The notes under the pieces are model-generated. The model worked only from the letters and a program-made list of their open reading frames with translations. It ran no database searches and was not told the origin of the DNA. A stretch of 64,000 nt of DNA from an uncultured bacterium (lineage in GTDB: Bacteria > Acidobacteriota > Thermoanaerobaculia > Multivoradales > JAHZIX01): contig CBDUPA010000021.1 in assembly GCA_965368975.1 (NCBI GenBank), positions 1-64,000 of the forward strand. The letters are read 5' to 3'. Below are positions 10,709 to 22,000 of the stretch, piece by piece (position 1 is the stretch's first letter; each line of letters begins with the position of its first letter). Both the position numbers and the translations under genes were made by a program.

Positions 10709-10742
10709 GTGAAAGCCGATCCCGCGCGGGACCGGCTTTCAC
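10709..10742 (-). terminator. Hairpin, likely intrinsic terminator of the M16 peptidase operon
   Basis: GTGAAAGCCGGTCCC-gc-gc-GGGATCGGCTTTCAC inverted repeat on the minus strand, followed by T-rich TGTTCTTCGGGTTT. Confidence 0.6.
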
Positions 10743-10769
10743 CTCCGAACGATTCGAGATGCCGCGTGC

Positions 10770-12407
10770 CTAGAGAGCCGGCTCCCCGCGTAGCGCCCCA
10801 TCCAGCTCCACAGCCAGCTGGTCCACAGCCAGCTGGTCCACAGTCAACTGGTCCACAGTCAACTGGTCCACAGTCAACTGGTCCACGGCCAACTGGTCCA
10901 CGGGCGCACGGCGCAAGCCCTCGCGCAGCAAGTCGACCTCGGCGAATGGGATCACCTCGATGTCGGCACGCTCTCCGAGCGTCGCCTTTAGCTCTTCCAG
11001 GAAGCCGCCAGCATTGCCCGCCAGCACGACCACCGCGCGCTCCGGATGGATGCGCTTGCGGGCGAACTCGCGCAGTTGCTCGGGCGTAATGGCGTTGAGC
11101 TGATCGCGGTAGGAGTCGAGGTAGGCCCGGCCGCGACCGTACATCAACGACTCCAGGACGCGCGAAGCGATACCGTTGGGCGTCTCGATCTCGAGCGGGA
11201 AGACACCCGTCATGTAGCGCTTGCGGCCGTCGAGCTCGTCGGTCGGGACCAAGTCCTTCTCCATGCCGTCGAGCACGCCGAGTACCAGGGACAGCACCTC
11301 GACCGTGGTCTCGGTCTTGGTGAACGTCTGCGCACGAAACACGCCGCCGACCAGCTGATCTTGCAGTCCACTGCCGGCTCCGTAGCTGAGGCCGCGCTTG
11401 CGCCGGATCTCCTCGTACAGGCGAGCACTGACGCCGCCTCCAACGACCGCGTTGTAGAGGCGGCCGGCGAAGAGATCTGGATCTTTGTGCGCCAGAGCGA
11501 GCTGTCCAACACGCACCTGCGTCTGGACGGCGTCGGGCTTGTCGAGCACCAGCACCCGCATCTTCTCGGGTAGCTGCGCCTCGATCGCGGGTGCCTTGGG
11601 CGGCGTGCCCTTCTGCCAGCCACCGAATGCCTTGCGCACCGCGACCATCACGCGCCGCGGCTGCACATCGCCGACCACGGCCAGGAAGGAACCGTTGGGC
11701 ACGAAGGTCGAGCGGTGGTAATCGACCACCTGCTGGCGCGTCAGGGACTCGACGGTCTCGGGCGTGCCACTGGCGGGACGACCGTAGGGGTGATCCCCGT
11801 ACACTGCGCGATCAAAGGCCGCACCGGCCAGGAAGGCCGGGTCGGTCAGGTTGACCTGCAGGCTGCCCAGCGTCCGCGTGCGCCAGCGCTGCAGCTCTTC
11901 CTCCGGGAAGCTGGGCCGCAGCATGACGTCGGAAAGCAGATCGAGGGCCAGGTCGAGCTGGTCGGAGGTGACGGACACCGTGCCGAGCACGAAGTCGTCT
12001 CCACCGCCGGTGCCGAGCGAACCGCCAACGAAGTCGATGGCCTCGGCAATCTCCTGTGCCGAGCGGCTAGCGGTACCCTGGTCCAGCAGCGACGTCATCG
12101 CCTGCACCAGGCCGGGGGACGACGCTGGCTCGTAGAGGCGGCCGGCCGGCACCATCAAGCGCATCGATACCGCCGGCTGCTCGTGGTGCTCGACGATCAC
12201 GACCGTCAAGCCGTTGTCGAGAGTCTCTACCAGAAAGTGCGGGAAGCTCAGGTCCGAGGCCGGCCCCGGTTCCGGGCGTGGGGCGGCCTCGGCGGCGCCG
12301 AGGCTGGGGAGTAGCAGACCAGCGCTCAACGCCAGCGCCAACGCCAGCACTGGTACTCGGGCAGCAGCACGCCGCAGGACGTGCGTAGTGAGAGTCGGGC
12401 GATTCAT
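10770..12407 (-). CDS. M16 (pitrilysin) family peptidase, non-catalytic-type subunit
   Basis: TLDNGLTVVIVEHHEQPAVS start, HPYGRP, and RLYEEIRRKRGLSYG (R/Y motif). No HxxEH. Signal-peptide-like N-terminus. Start overlaps the upstream stop (TGATG). Confidence 0.9.
   Translation of the reverse strand: MNRPTLTTHVLRRAAARVPVLALALALSAGLLLPSLGAAEAAPRPEPGPASDLSFPHFLVETLDNGLTVVIVEHHEQPAVSMRLMVPAGRLYEPASSPGLVQAMTSLLDQGTASRSAQEIAEAIDFVGGSLGTGGGDDFVLGTVSVTSDQLDLALDLLSDVMLRPSFPEEELQRWRTRTLGSLQVNLTDPAFLAGAAFDRAVYGDHPYGRPASGTPETVESLTRQQVVDYHRSTFVPNGSFLAVVGDVQPRRVMVAVRKAFGGWQKGTPPKAPAIEAQLPEKMRVLVLDKPDAVQTQVRVGQLALAHKDPDLFAGRLYNAVVGGGVSARLYEEIRRKRGLSYGAGSGLQDQLVGGVFRAQTFTKTETTVEVLSLVLGVLDGMEKDLVPTDELDGRKRYMTGVFPLEIETPNGIASRVLESLMYGRGRAYLDSYRDQLNAITPEQLREFARKRIHPERAVVVLAGNAGGFLEELKATLGERADIEVIPFAEVDLLREGLRRAPVDQLAVDQLTVDQLTVDQLTVDQLAVDQLAVELDGALRGEPAL
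10807..10902 (-). repeat. 15-nt tandem repeat, about 6.4 copies, encoding (VDQL[A/T])6
   Basis: Plus-strand units tccacagccagctgg / tccacagtcaactgg / tccacggccaactgg. Confidence 0.95.
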
Positions 12408-13891
12408 CAGCGTCCCTCCTGGCTGGCTTCGTCGGCGGCCTCGGTCGGCGCCGTCTCTGAGTCACCGTCTGCTGGTTGCGAGCCGCCTGCCGGTTGTGGA
12501 CGGAGCCGCTCGGGCAAGAAATGGATGGCGGTCAGGTTGTTGTCGGTGAAGTACTTGCGGGCGACACGCTGGATGTCGGCGGCGGTCACGGCCTGGAACT
12601 GTGCCAGTTCACGGTTGACCATCTCGACATCCCCCAGGATGACCGCGGCGAAGCCGATCGCGTTGGCCTTGGACATCACCGTCTGGCGCCCGAAGACCAG
12701 CTGCGAGATGAACTGGTTCTTGGCCTTGGTCAGCTCGCCCTCGGCGACCGGCTCGGTCTTGAGTCGTTCGACTTCGGACGACAGCGCGGCCTCGACCTCT
12801 TCGGCCGCGTGGCCCGGGTTGAGCATGGCAAAGAAGCCGAACAGCCCCGGGTGCTCGGAGATCAGCGCTTGGCCACCGGCGAAACGCACCAGCTGTTCCT
12901 CGTAGACCAGCCGTCGGAAGATGCGGGAACTCTGTCCCTCGGACAGGATGTTGCTCGCCACCTCGAGCGGGTACAGGTCCGGATGGCCGGCCTCCGGGAT
13001 GTGGTAGGCCAGGATCACCGCTGGCAGCGGCGCGTTGACATCGTAGTGCGTGACGCGCCGCAGCTCTTCCTGCGGCGGCTCTTCGAGGGTCACCCGCGGC
13101 ACCTCTTCGCCACGCGGGATGGAACCGAAGAACTCCTGCACCCACTGCATCACCTGCTCGGAATCGAAGTCGCCGGCAACGACGAGCGTCGCGTTGTTGG
13201 GGACGTAGTACACCTCGTGGAACTCGCGCACGTCCTCGATGGTGGCGGCGTTGAGGTCCGCCATGGTGCCGATGGCACTAATGCGATAAGGGTGACGGGT
13301 GTAGGCACTGTCCAGGATGACCTCGAACATGCGGCCATATGGTGGGTTGTCGACCCGCACGCGGCGCTCTTCTTTGACCACATCGCGTTCAGACTGGAAG
13401 TTGGCCTCGGAAACGTGGAGCGAGCGCAAGCGATCCGCTTCCATCCACAGAAGGCGTTCCAGGTAGTTGCTCGGGACGGTCTCGAAGTAGAGCGTACGAT
13501 CTTCGTCGGTCGTGGCGTTGTAGCGGCCACCGATGTTCTGGACGTAGGCCTTGTGCTCTTCCGGCGCGACGTTGTCGGAGCCCTTGAACATCAGGTGCTC
13601 GAACATGTGCGCGAAGCCCGAACGACCAGGTTTCTCGTCCTTGGAACCAACGTGGTACCACATCTGGATCGTCGCCACGGGCACCGAGTGGTCCTCGTGC
13701 AGCAGCACTTTCAGCCCGTTGGCCAGCTGGTGCTGCGTCACTTCCAGCGCTGGCGGCAGCACTTCCACGGACGCTTGCGCGCCGCTCGGCAGCCACAGCG
13801 CGAAGCTGCACAGCGCCAGCAGGACCCACGGTGGTGCCATTGAGGGCGCCACCAGCCCGCGTCCGCGCAGGCTCCTGGTCAGATGATGCAT
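12407..13891 (-). CDS. M16 family zinc peptidase, catalytic subunit
   Basis: GFAHMFEHLMFKGS (HxxEH), YNATT, ERDVVKEERR; signal peptide. Confidence 0.93.
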   Translation of the reverse strand: MHHLTRSLRGRGLVAPSMAPPWVLLALCSFALWLPSGAQASVEVLPPALEVTQHQLANGLKVLLHEDHSVPVATIQMWYHVGSKDEKPGRSGFAHMFEHLMFKGSDNVAPEEHKAYVQNIGGRYNATTDEDRTLYFETVPSNYLERLLWMEADRLRSLHVSEANFQSERDVVKEERRVRVDNPPYGRMFEVILDSAYTRHPYRISAIGTMADLNAATIEDVREFHEVYYVPNNATLVVAGDFDSEQVMQWVQEFFGSIPRGEEVPRVTLEEPPQEELRRVTHYDVNAPLPAVILAYHIPEAGHPDLYPLEVASNILSEGQSSRIFRRLVYEEQLVRFAGGQALISEHPGLFGFFAMLNPGHAAEEVEAALSSEVERLKTEPVAEGELTKAKNQFISQLVFGRQTVMSKANAIGFAAVILGDVEMVNRELAQFQAVTAADIQRVARKYFTDNNLTAIHFLPERLRPQPAGGSQPADGDSETAPTEAADEASQEGR

Positions 13892-14035
13892 TCCTTACCT
13901 CCTTCGACATTACTTTGTAGCGTCAATTTTGTTTCCCGCACATCGTATCGGATTCAGGTGCTCGCGGGACACACCCCCGCACTGTATACGCGCGGCGGCG
14001 CGACCGGTTAGCTACCATGCTAGGATCTCGCGGCT

Positions 14036-16513
14036 GTGCTCCAGGATCTTCGCTTCGCGATTCGCGCCTTGCTGCGGCGGCCGATACTCAGCGGCATCGC
14101 CGTCCTCACGCTGGCTCTCGGGGTCGGTGCCAACAGTGCCTTGTTCGGCGTTGTGCAGGCGGTGCTGGCCCCGCTGCCCTTCGAGCGACCAGCCGAGTTG
14201 ATGGCACTGTGGAAGGTCAATCTGGAAGAGGGATCGTTGCGCGACGACCTGCCGTATCCCAACGTCCGCGACCTGCGCGAGCGCAGCCAAACCCTCGCCG
14301 ATGTCGCCGCATTTGCCAACGGCAACCCCACCTACACCTGGCTGTACGACGGCGAGCCGATCGTGCTGACCGGCATGGCGGTTTCCCACGGCTACTTCGA
14401 CCTGCTCGGTATCGAACCCCTGATCGGCCGCGGCTTCCGCGCCGAAGAAGACCAGGTGAGCGCGCCGCGTGTCGTCGTGTTGGGTAACCGCTTCTGGCGC
14501 GAGCGCCTGAGCGGCGACCCGGACATCCTGAGCCAGCAGCTGGTGCTCAACGGTGAGAGTCACACCGTCCTCGGGGTGCTGCCAGCGGGCTACCTGTATC
14601 CAGAGATCAATTCGGAAGAGATCGACCTGTGGTTGCCGCTCGAACCCTGGCTCGGCAGCGAGGTAGAGAACCGCGGCATCAGCCTGGCACGTGCCCTGGC
14701 ACGCTTGGCGCCCGGCGTCACCCAGGTGCAGGCGCAGGCCGAGCTCGACCGTCAAGCCGAGCAGCTGCGGCTCGAATATCCGGCCTTCAATCGACAGATC
14801 GGACTGAAGCTGCGTTCGCTGAGCGAGGTATTGCTGGGCGATGTGCGGCCGGCACTACTGCTGTTGCTCGGAGCCGTCGGGCTGGTGCTCCTGGTTGCCT
14901 GTGCCAATGTCGCCAGCCTGTTGCTGGCAGCGGCGGCAGCGCGGCGCGGCGAGCTGGCGGTACGGCGTGCTTTGGGAGGCAGCAGCGGCCGCTTGATGCG
15001 CGCCGCGCTGGCCGAGGGATTGGTCCTGGCGGCCGCCGGTGGTGGACTCGGCCTGGCCGCGGCCTACGCCGGCATGGGCGTGCTGCGGGCCAGTCTGCCG
15101 GTCGATCTGCCCCGCGCTGCCGAGTCGGGCATTGATCTGGGCGTGCTGACCTTCGCGGCCTGCGCCTGCTTTATCGCTTCGTTGCTCATCAGTCTGCTGC
15201 CAGCCCTCTACGCCCTGAGCGTGGCACCGGTGGAGCTGGGCCGCGAGAGCGGTGGCCGCGGCAAGACGGAAGGCCCCGGCAAGGGCATGCTGCGCGGCCT
15301 GCTCGGCGGCTGGCACCGCGGTGGCCTGGTAGCCGCCCAGATCGCCATCGGCTTCGTGGTCCTGACTGGCGGAGCGATCCTGCTCGCCGGCTTCCAGCAG
15401 CTCGCCGCCATCGACCCCGGCTTCGATGCATCCGGCAAGACGATGATGTTCAGCTTGATGCCTCCGGCGGTGCAATACCCCGATTTCGAGTCGCAGATCA
15501 AGCTGCACCAGCAGATCCTCGAGAACGTGCAGACGCTACCCGGCGTCGAGGCCGCCGGTGTCTATCTACAACGACCGCTGCACGGCCCGGTCGGCTTCGA
15601 TCTCTACATGAGTGTCGAAGGGCAGACCTTCGAGGAATTCCAGCGCAATCCACTGTTCAACTACCAGACGGTGACCCCCGGCTTCTTCCCTGCCATGGGT
15701 ATCCGGCTGTTCGACGGGCGCATGTGGTCCGAGTACGAGGGCGAGCGGGAAGGCCGTCCGGTGTTGATCAGCCGCAGCGTCGCGGACCGCTATTGGCCCG
15801 GCGAGAGCGCCCTGGGCAAGCGACTCAAGTGGGGGCGACCGGACAACCAGCGCCCGTGGCTGACCGTCATCGGCGTGGTCGAGAACGTCCGTCACCGCTC
15901 GCTGAACAGCGCGAGCCCGGACGTCTACGAACCCTTCCCCACCAACATCTTCGCGCCCTGGACCCCAGGTCTGCAGTACGCCGTGCGCGCCTACGACGAT
16001 CCGATGCAGCTTCGACGGCAGGTGCGCGAAGTCGTGCAGGACTTCGAAGCCCAGCTGCCGTTGACCGACATCCAGACGACCGCCGAGTTGCTCGACGGGG
16101 AGTTGGCCCAGGCGCGCTTCCAGATGCTGCTGATGCTGCTCTTCGGCGCCTTGGCCCTGATCCTCGCGGCCGTTGGACTTTACGGCCTCAGCGCCTACGA
16201 CGTGACGCGCCGGCAACGCGAGCTGGGCATCCGTCTGGCGCTCGGTGCCAGCCAGGAACGCGTGCTGCGCGGTGTGCTCGCCCGAGGCCTGGGGTTGACC
16301 GTCATCGGCCTGGCCCTGGGCCTGGGCACTGTCTTCGCTCTCGGCCGCTGGCTGCAGAGCGAGCTGCCGTTCCTGAGTGGTGTCGACCTGCTGGAACCTC
16401 AACGGCTCGTGACCTGTGCCCTGATTCTCACCGCTATCGCGCTGCTGGCCTGCTTGCGACCGGCACTGCGGGCAGCGGCAGTCGACCCGGCCCTGTCGAT
16501 TCGGGCGGAGTAG
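14036..16513 (+). CDS. ABC permease of duplicated MacB/FtsX type (ADOP-like, no adjacent ATPase)
   Basis: LQDLRFAIRALLRRP, TLALGVGANSALF, LLVACANVASLLL, RRQRELGIRLALGA, VDPALSIRAE. Confidence 0.9.
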   Translation: MLQDLRFAIRALLRRPILSGIAVLTLALGVGANSALFGVVQAVLAPLPFERPAELMALWKVNLEEGSLRDDLPYPNVRDLRERSQTLADVAAFANGNPTYTWLYDGEPIVLTGMAVSHGYFDLLGIEPLIGRGFRAEEDQVSAPRVVVLGNRFWRERLSGDPDILSQQLVLNGESHTVLGVLPAGYLYPEINSEEIDLWLPLEPWLGSEVENRGISLARALARLAPGVTQVQAQAELDRQAEQLRLEYPAFNRQIGLKLRSLSEVLLGDVRPALLLLLGAVGLVLLVACANVASLLLAAAAARRGELAVRRALGGSSGRLMRAALAEGLVLAAAGGGLGLAAAYAGMGVLRASLPVDLPRAAESGIDLGVLTFAACACFIASLLISLLPALYALSVAPVELGRESGGRGKTEGPGKGMLRGLLGGWHRGGLVAAQIAIGFVVLTGGAILLAGFQQLAAIDPGFDASGKTMMFSLMPPAVQYPDFESQIKLHQQILENVQTLPGVEAAGVYLQRPLHGPVGFDLYMSVEGQTFEEFQRNPLFNYQTVTPGFFPAMGIRLFDGRMWSEYEGEREGRPVLISRSVADRYWPGESALGKRLKWGRPDNQRPWLTVIGVVENVRHRSLNSASPDVYEPFPTNIFAPWTPGLQYAVRAYDDPMQLRRQVREVVQDFEAQLPLTDIQTTAELLDGELAQARFQMLLMLLFGALALILAAVGLYGLSAYDVTRRQRELGIRLALGASQERVLRGVLARGLGLTVIGLALGLGTVFALGRWLQSELPFLSGVDLLEPQRLVTCALILTAIALLACLRPALRAAAVDPALSIRAE

Positions 16514-16524
16514 AGACGAAGGAG

Positions 16525-18837
16525 CTACACGCCTTCGGCGATCAACGGCGCAAAGTCGCCAGAGATACTCTCGACATCGACCACCGGCTCGACCCGATTG
16601 CGACCGCCACGCTTGGCTTGGTAGAGGAAGGTGTCGGCCAGCGCAATGAGATCGCGTGTCGTTGGATTGCCGGGCAACGAAGCATCGTCGACGCTCGCCA
16701 GGCCGAACGAGACGGTCACCGACAGGCGGCTGCCGTCCTCCAGGCCCACCGACAGGCCGAGTACACGTCGACGTAGCTTCTCGGCGACCCAGGCCGCCTG
16801 CCGCAGCCCCGTCTCGGGCATGATCAGCAGGAACTCTTCACCACCGTAGCGGCCCAGGAAATCGGTGCTGCGCAGCTCGGCGCTCAGGCCCTGGGACACC
16901 CGCTTGAGCAGAGCATCGCCCGCCAGGTGACCGTGACGGTCATTGACGTCCTTGAAGAAATCGAGATCGGCCAGCGCGACGGTCAAGGGCCGCCGGTAGC
17001 GGCGCGCACGCTGCAGCTCCTGCTCGAGCTGCTCGAGGATCGCTTCACGCCGCAGCAGACCGGTCAGGCCTTCCATCGTCGCCGACTCATACAGGCGCAC
17101 GTTCTCGAACGCACCGCCGGCATTGTGCGCCACCAGCGCGAGCAGCTCGAGTTCCTCCGCCACGTAGCGATCACCACGCTTCTTGCTGCTCAGCAGGAGC
17201 AGGCCGACCAGGCGCTCTCCGCTGGTCAGCGGCACCACGATCTCGGCTTCGAACACCATCAGGCGCTGGCACAGACCGACACTGTCGTCCGCCACCTGGT
17301 CCGCCGCCATGGGCTTGCGGTACTGCAGCAGGTGTTGCACACCGGCATCTTGCAGGGACAGCAGGAAGGTCTCCTCGAACTCCTTCTGGAACTGTGGATG
17401 CGTCGAGGCAGCGGTGATCAGTAGGCTGCTCTTGGGATCCGCCAGCAACAGCGTCGCCGACCCGAGGTGGAAGATCTCAGAAAGCCGCTCGACCAGGTGC
17501 CTGGCCATGAGCGGCACGCGCCCCTGGCTCGGCAGCTCCGCCACCAGCTCGGTCAAGCGCTTGCGCAGGGCCACGCGCTCCGGAAAGAAGCACCGGTCGA
17601 TGAAACGCCGGATCTTGTCCAGCACGGGGGAGAAGCACAGCCCGAGCACCAGGCAAGCGGCACCGGTCAGCCACACCGAAGTCTGCACGCTGACGCCGAA
17701 GTACTTGAGCAGCGTGCCGCCGGCACCGAGGACGAAGTACGCGCTGACCATCAGCAAAGACGTCAGCACCGCGTAGAACAAGCTACGGCGCACCATCAAC
17801 TCGATGTCCAGCAGGTGGAATCGGAAGATCGCAATGAAGATCGCCAGCGGGAAGCACAAGAGCGCGAAGTTCTGCACCGTCTCGATCCACCCGGGCACCG
17901 TCAGTCCGACCAGCTCGACCAGCGTCCACACCCAGATCAGGACCGCCCACGGCAGCACACCCGCCAGGACCAGTCCCGCCTGGTGACGCCCCTGCGGTTC
18001 CGGATAGCGCAGGGCCTGGACGCCCCAGATCGCGATCAAGACGGCGGCCCACAGCGGCATCACCCAGTTGAAGTAGATCCGGTCCGCCATCTCGGTGCTG
18101 ATCGGCGCCCACAACTCGTTCAGATAGGCGATCCACGACCACGTGAGGGCAATCGAAATCAGCGCGCCGACGCTGTAGGCCGCCGGTACCAGCCAAGGCC
18201 GGTTGCGCAGCCATGGGTGGCGTCCCGGGACGATCACTCCCAGGTGAAGTTCCACCGCGATCTGCAGCCCCGAGAACAGCTGGAGCACCCCGATCGAGGT
18301 CGCGTAGACGTAGCTCGGCAGACCATATGCCGGTGGCACAGCCATTTCATAGGCCACCATGGCGCAGAAGCTGAACAGCAGATACCGCGGCAAACGTCGG
18401 CCACCCTGTACCATCGCCAGGAGCGCGATCCCCAGGTAGGCGAGCGATACCAGCGACGTCATGAGCCGGGAGATCCAGGGGAACTCCATCCCAGGCCGCA
18501 CTTCAACCAGGACTCGGCGACCCTCGCGCAAGACCTCGAAGACGTGAGCTTCGCCCCGGCGGAACAGAACCGCGTGATCTTCGAAGTCCCGTTCGCTACG
18601 AACCGGCCTCCCATCAATGCGGATGATGTCGTCGCCCGCTTGCAGACCGGCCCGCTGGGCTGGAGAGTCCTCGTCGACAGAATCGACGCCGACGCCGACC
18701 GTACTTCCCGCGTACACGAACCCGACCCGCCGTTCCTGGAACCTGAACTCGGCAAACCACCCGAGCACCAACAGGCTCAGAATGACGATCGCCAGCGTGA
18801 GAGCCAATAATGCTCTCAGAGAAGATCTTTTGTCCAC
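16525..18837 (-). CDS. Membrane diguanylate cyclase: TM-PDZ-multi-TM-GAF-GGDEF (770 aa)
   Basis: PDZ SPAQRAGLQAGDDIIRIDG; GAF VPLTSGERLVGLLLL; DLDFFKDVNDRHGHLAGD; I-site RSTD then YGGEEF. Start reassigned to GTG 18837 after GAGG; the track's longer N-terminus is antisense to the tricorn gene. Confidence 0.88.
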   Translation of the reverse strand: MDKRSSLRALLALTLAIVILSLLVLGWFAEFRFQERRVGFVYAGSTVGVGVDSVDEDSPAQRAGLQAGDDIIRIDGRPVRSERDFEDHAVLFRRGEAHVFEVLREGRRVLVEVRPGMEFPWISRLMTSLVSLAYLGIALLAMVQGGRRLPRYLLFSFCAMVAYEMAVPPAYGLPSYVYATSIGVLQLFSGLQIAVELHLGVIVPGRHPWLRNRPWLVPAAYSVGALISIALTWSWIAYLNELWAPISTEMADRIYFNWVMPLWAAVLIAIWGVQALRYPEPQGRHQAGLVLAGVLPWAVLIWVWTLVELVGLTVPGWIETVQNFALLCFPLAIFIAIFRFHLLDIELMVRRSLFYAVLTSLLMVSAYFVLGAGGTLLKYFGVSVQTSVWLTGAACLVLGLCFSPVLDKIRRFIDRCFFPERVALRKRLTELVAELPSQGRVPLMARHLVERLSEIFHLGSATLLLADPKSSLLITAASTHPQFQKEFEETFLLSLQDAGVQHLLQYRKPMAADQVADDSVGLCQRLMVFEAEIVVPLTSGERLVGLLLLSSKKRGDRYVAEELELLALVAHNAGGAFENVRLYESATMEGLTGLLRREAILEQLEQELQRARRYRRPLTVALADLDFFKDVNDRHGHLAGDALLKRVSQGLSAELRSTDFLGRYGGEEFLLIMPETGLRQAAWVAEKLRRRVLGLSVGLEDGSRLSVTVSFGLASVDDASLPGNPTTRDLIALADTFLYQAKRGGRNRVEPVVDVESISGDFAPLIAEGV

Positions 18838-19014
18838 AAGCTCAACCTCTACAAGACGATTGCATTGTACGTGACCCCTCCTACAGAAATCCAATGCATG
18901 AAACGGAATAAAACGGGACAACAAATCAGGCCTTTGTCGGAACTTAGAGACAGGTTCTACATCCAGATCCGCAAGCTCTTGGGGTACGCTTGCCCGGAAA
19001 GGGGATCGCGATCC

Positions 19015-22000
19015 ATGGCCACATTCCACGACGTCCAGACCCGCCTGAACCACTTGCGGCACGCCACCACCTCCACCCTCTGCTACACGCTGGTGCTGCT
19101 GACCGTCGCGGCAGCCGTGCCCGGGCCACCAGCAGCCCAGGCCACCGAACCGGGGTATTTCCGCTTCCCGGCCCTGCACGCTGACACCATCGTGTTCACT
19201 GCCGAAGGGGACCTGTGGCGCATCGGGCTCGATGGCGGCAGCGCGCAGCGACTGACAAGCCACCCGGGCCAGGAGACGCTGGCTGCGATCTCGCCCGACG
19301 GCCAGAAGGTCGCGTTCTCGGCCGAGTACGAGGGGCCGATGGAGGTCTACGTCATGCCGCTGACCGGTGGCCTGCCCGAGCGGCTGACCTGGGAAGGCGA
19401 GCGCGCGAAGGTGGTCGGTTGGACGCCGGCCGGCGAAGTGCTCTATAGCACCCGGCACTTCGCCACGCTGCCCGACCGACAGCTGATCGCGATCGATCCC
19501 AGCACGCACGCACAGCGACGGCTGCCCCTGACGCCGGCGACCGAGGGTTGCTTCTTCCCCGAAGACGAGACCCTGTTCTTCACCCGCCAGAGCAGTCAGA
19601 CCAGCTTCACCAAGCGCTACGTCGGCGGCACGGCGGCCGAGCTGTGGCGCTTCACCCCCGGCACCGAAGCCACACCGTTGACCGCCGACTTCCCGGGCAC
19701 CAGCCACCAGCCCCAATGCGGCGACGACGGCCGCCTCTACTTCGTCAGCGACCGGCCGCTCGCGTGGACGCCGCCGGAACTCGACGCGCGCGTCGACAAC
19801 CGGCTCCTGAGCCACCTGCAGCTGTGGTCGATGCAGCCGGACGGCAGCGACTTGCGCCGCCACACGAATCACCAGGGCTGGGACGTCAAACGCCCGAGCC
19901 TGCAGGGCGGACGCGCCACCTACCAGCTGGGCGCCGACCTCTACGTGCTCGATCTGAACGCTACCGCCGGTAGCGAGCCGCGCAGGGTGGACATCCGCCT
20001 CAGCAGCGACTTCGACCAGATGCGCGAGACCTGGCAGGATGACCCCGCCGACTACCTGACCTCCACCGAGCTGTCCCCCAACGGCGACCGCGTAGTTCTG
20101 ACCAGCCGCGGCCGGGTGTTCGTGGCACCGGTGAAGTCGGGACGCCTGGTCGCCGCCGGCCGTGACACCGGCGTGCGCTACCGGCAAGCGAACTTCCTGC
20201 CAACCAAGAAGGGCGATCCGGCCCTGGTCGCGTTCTCGGACGCCGACGGCGAGGTCGAGCTGTGGCGCCTGGACGCACGCGGCGTCGAGCCACCGGCACA
20301 GATCACCGATGGCGGTAGCAACCTACGCATGCAGCTCTATCCGTCACCGGACGGCCACCGCGCCGCCATCGTCGACCGCGCCAGCCGCCTGGTGATCGTC
20401 ACCATCTCTGGCGATGACGGACCGGAAGGTGATGCTCCTGGCACCGAGCAAGCTGTCACGATGTCGCCGTACTTCGGCTTCAGCGGCATCGAGTGGTCTC
20501 CGGACAGCCGCTGGCTCGCCTACGCCATGCCCAACGAGGGCAACACCTTCTCGCAGATCTACGTCTACTCCCTCGACACCGGTACCTCGACCGCCGTCAC
20601 GTCGGATCGCTACCCCAGCGCCTTCCCGACCTGGAGCCTCGACGGCCAGTGGCTCTACTTCATCTCGGCACGCCATCTCGAGTCGAGCGTGCGCAGTCCT
20701 TGGGGCTACTTCAATCCCGCGCCTCACCTCGACAAGACGAGCAAGATCTACGCCCTCGCCCTGCAGCCCGGCCAGCGCTTTCCGTTCCGCGCTCCTGATG
20801 AACTGAGCGCCGCGCAGGACGAGACCAGTGACGAGGATTCAGACAAGCCCACCAACGGCGAAGACAAGGAAGACAAGAAGGACAAGGACAAATCGGGCGT
20901 GCGTGTCGACATCGACTTCGACGACCTGTCCAGTCGCCTGTTCGAGGTTCCGATCGCCCCCGGCAGCTACGACGTCCTGGCAGCCACCACCAAGCACCTC
21001 TACTTTTTCAGCGATCGCAACCTGACGGCGCTACCGATCGGTCACGAAGACATCGAGCCGGTTTCCATCTTCGAGGGAGCCAGCTTCTACGACCTTTCGG
21101 CCGACGGCAAGAAGCTGCTCGTGCGCCAGGGCGAGACCCTCTTCGTCGGCGACGCCAACGGCAAGAAGCTCGACCGTGGCGAGACCAAGGTCTCCCTCGA
21201 CGGCTGGACCTTCCCGATCGATCCACGCGAAGAGCGGCGGCAGATGTTCGTCGAGGCCTGGCGCCTGGCGCGCGACTACTTCTATGACCCGTCCATGCAC
21301 GGGATCGACTGGCAAGGCGTGCTCGACAAGTATCTGCCGGTATCCGAACGCGTCACCGACCGCGCCGAGCTGAGCGATCTGTTCGGCGACCTGATCGGAG
21401 AGCTGTCCGTGCTCCACGCCTACGTGCGCCGCGGTGACTTCCGCGAAGGCCCGGACGACATCGCCCCCGCCTTCCTCGGCGCCCGCCTGGAACGCGACGA
21501 AGCCGGCCCTGATGGTGGTGGCTATCGCGTCGCCCAGATCTACCGCACAGACCCCGACCGTCCCGACGAGGCCGCACCGCTGACCCGCCCCGGCGTCGAC
21601 GTCCAGGAAGGTGATCTGCTGCTGTCGATCAACGGCATCCGGCTCAGCGAGTCCAACCCCGGCACTGTGCTGCGCAACCAGGCCGGCAAGCAGGTGCTGC
21701 TGGAAGTCCTCCCAGCTGGCCAGCAGGAAGGCGCTCATGAGACGCGGCGCGTGATCGTCGAGCCGATCAACATGCGAGCCTTCAACGAGTTGCGCTACGA
21801 CCACTGGGAGTACGAGCGCCGCCTGCAGGTCGAAGAGTGGAGCGGGGGCAAGATCGGCTACGTCCACCTGCGCGCCATGGGCGGCGGCAACTACAGCGAG
21901 TGGGCGCGTCACTTCTTCCCTGTCATCCACCGCCAGGGCCTGATCGTCGACGTCCGCCACAACCGAGGCGGCAACATCGACAGCTGGATCCTCGGCAGCC

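Noticed and set aside
10807-10902. Possible CRISPR array
   Set aside because: Contiguous 15-nt units with no spacers, inside a CDS; no cas genes in the window.
18838-20187. 450-aa N-terminal extension of the GGDEF ORF, suggesting a long gene overlap
   Set aside because: It is mostly the antisense frame of the tricorn gene. A GTG with RBS at 18837 precedes the first TM helix.
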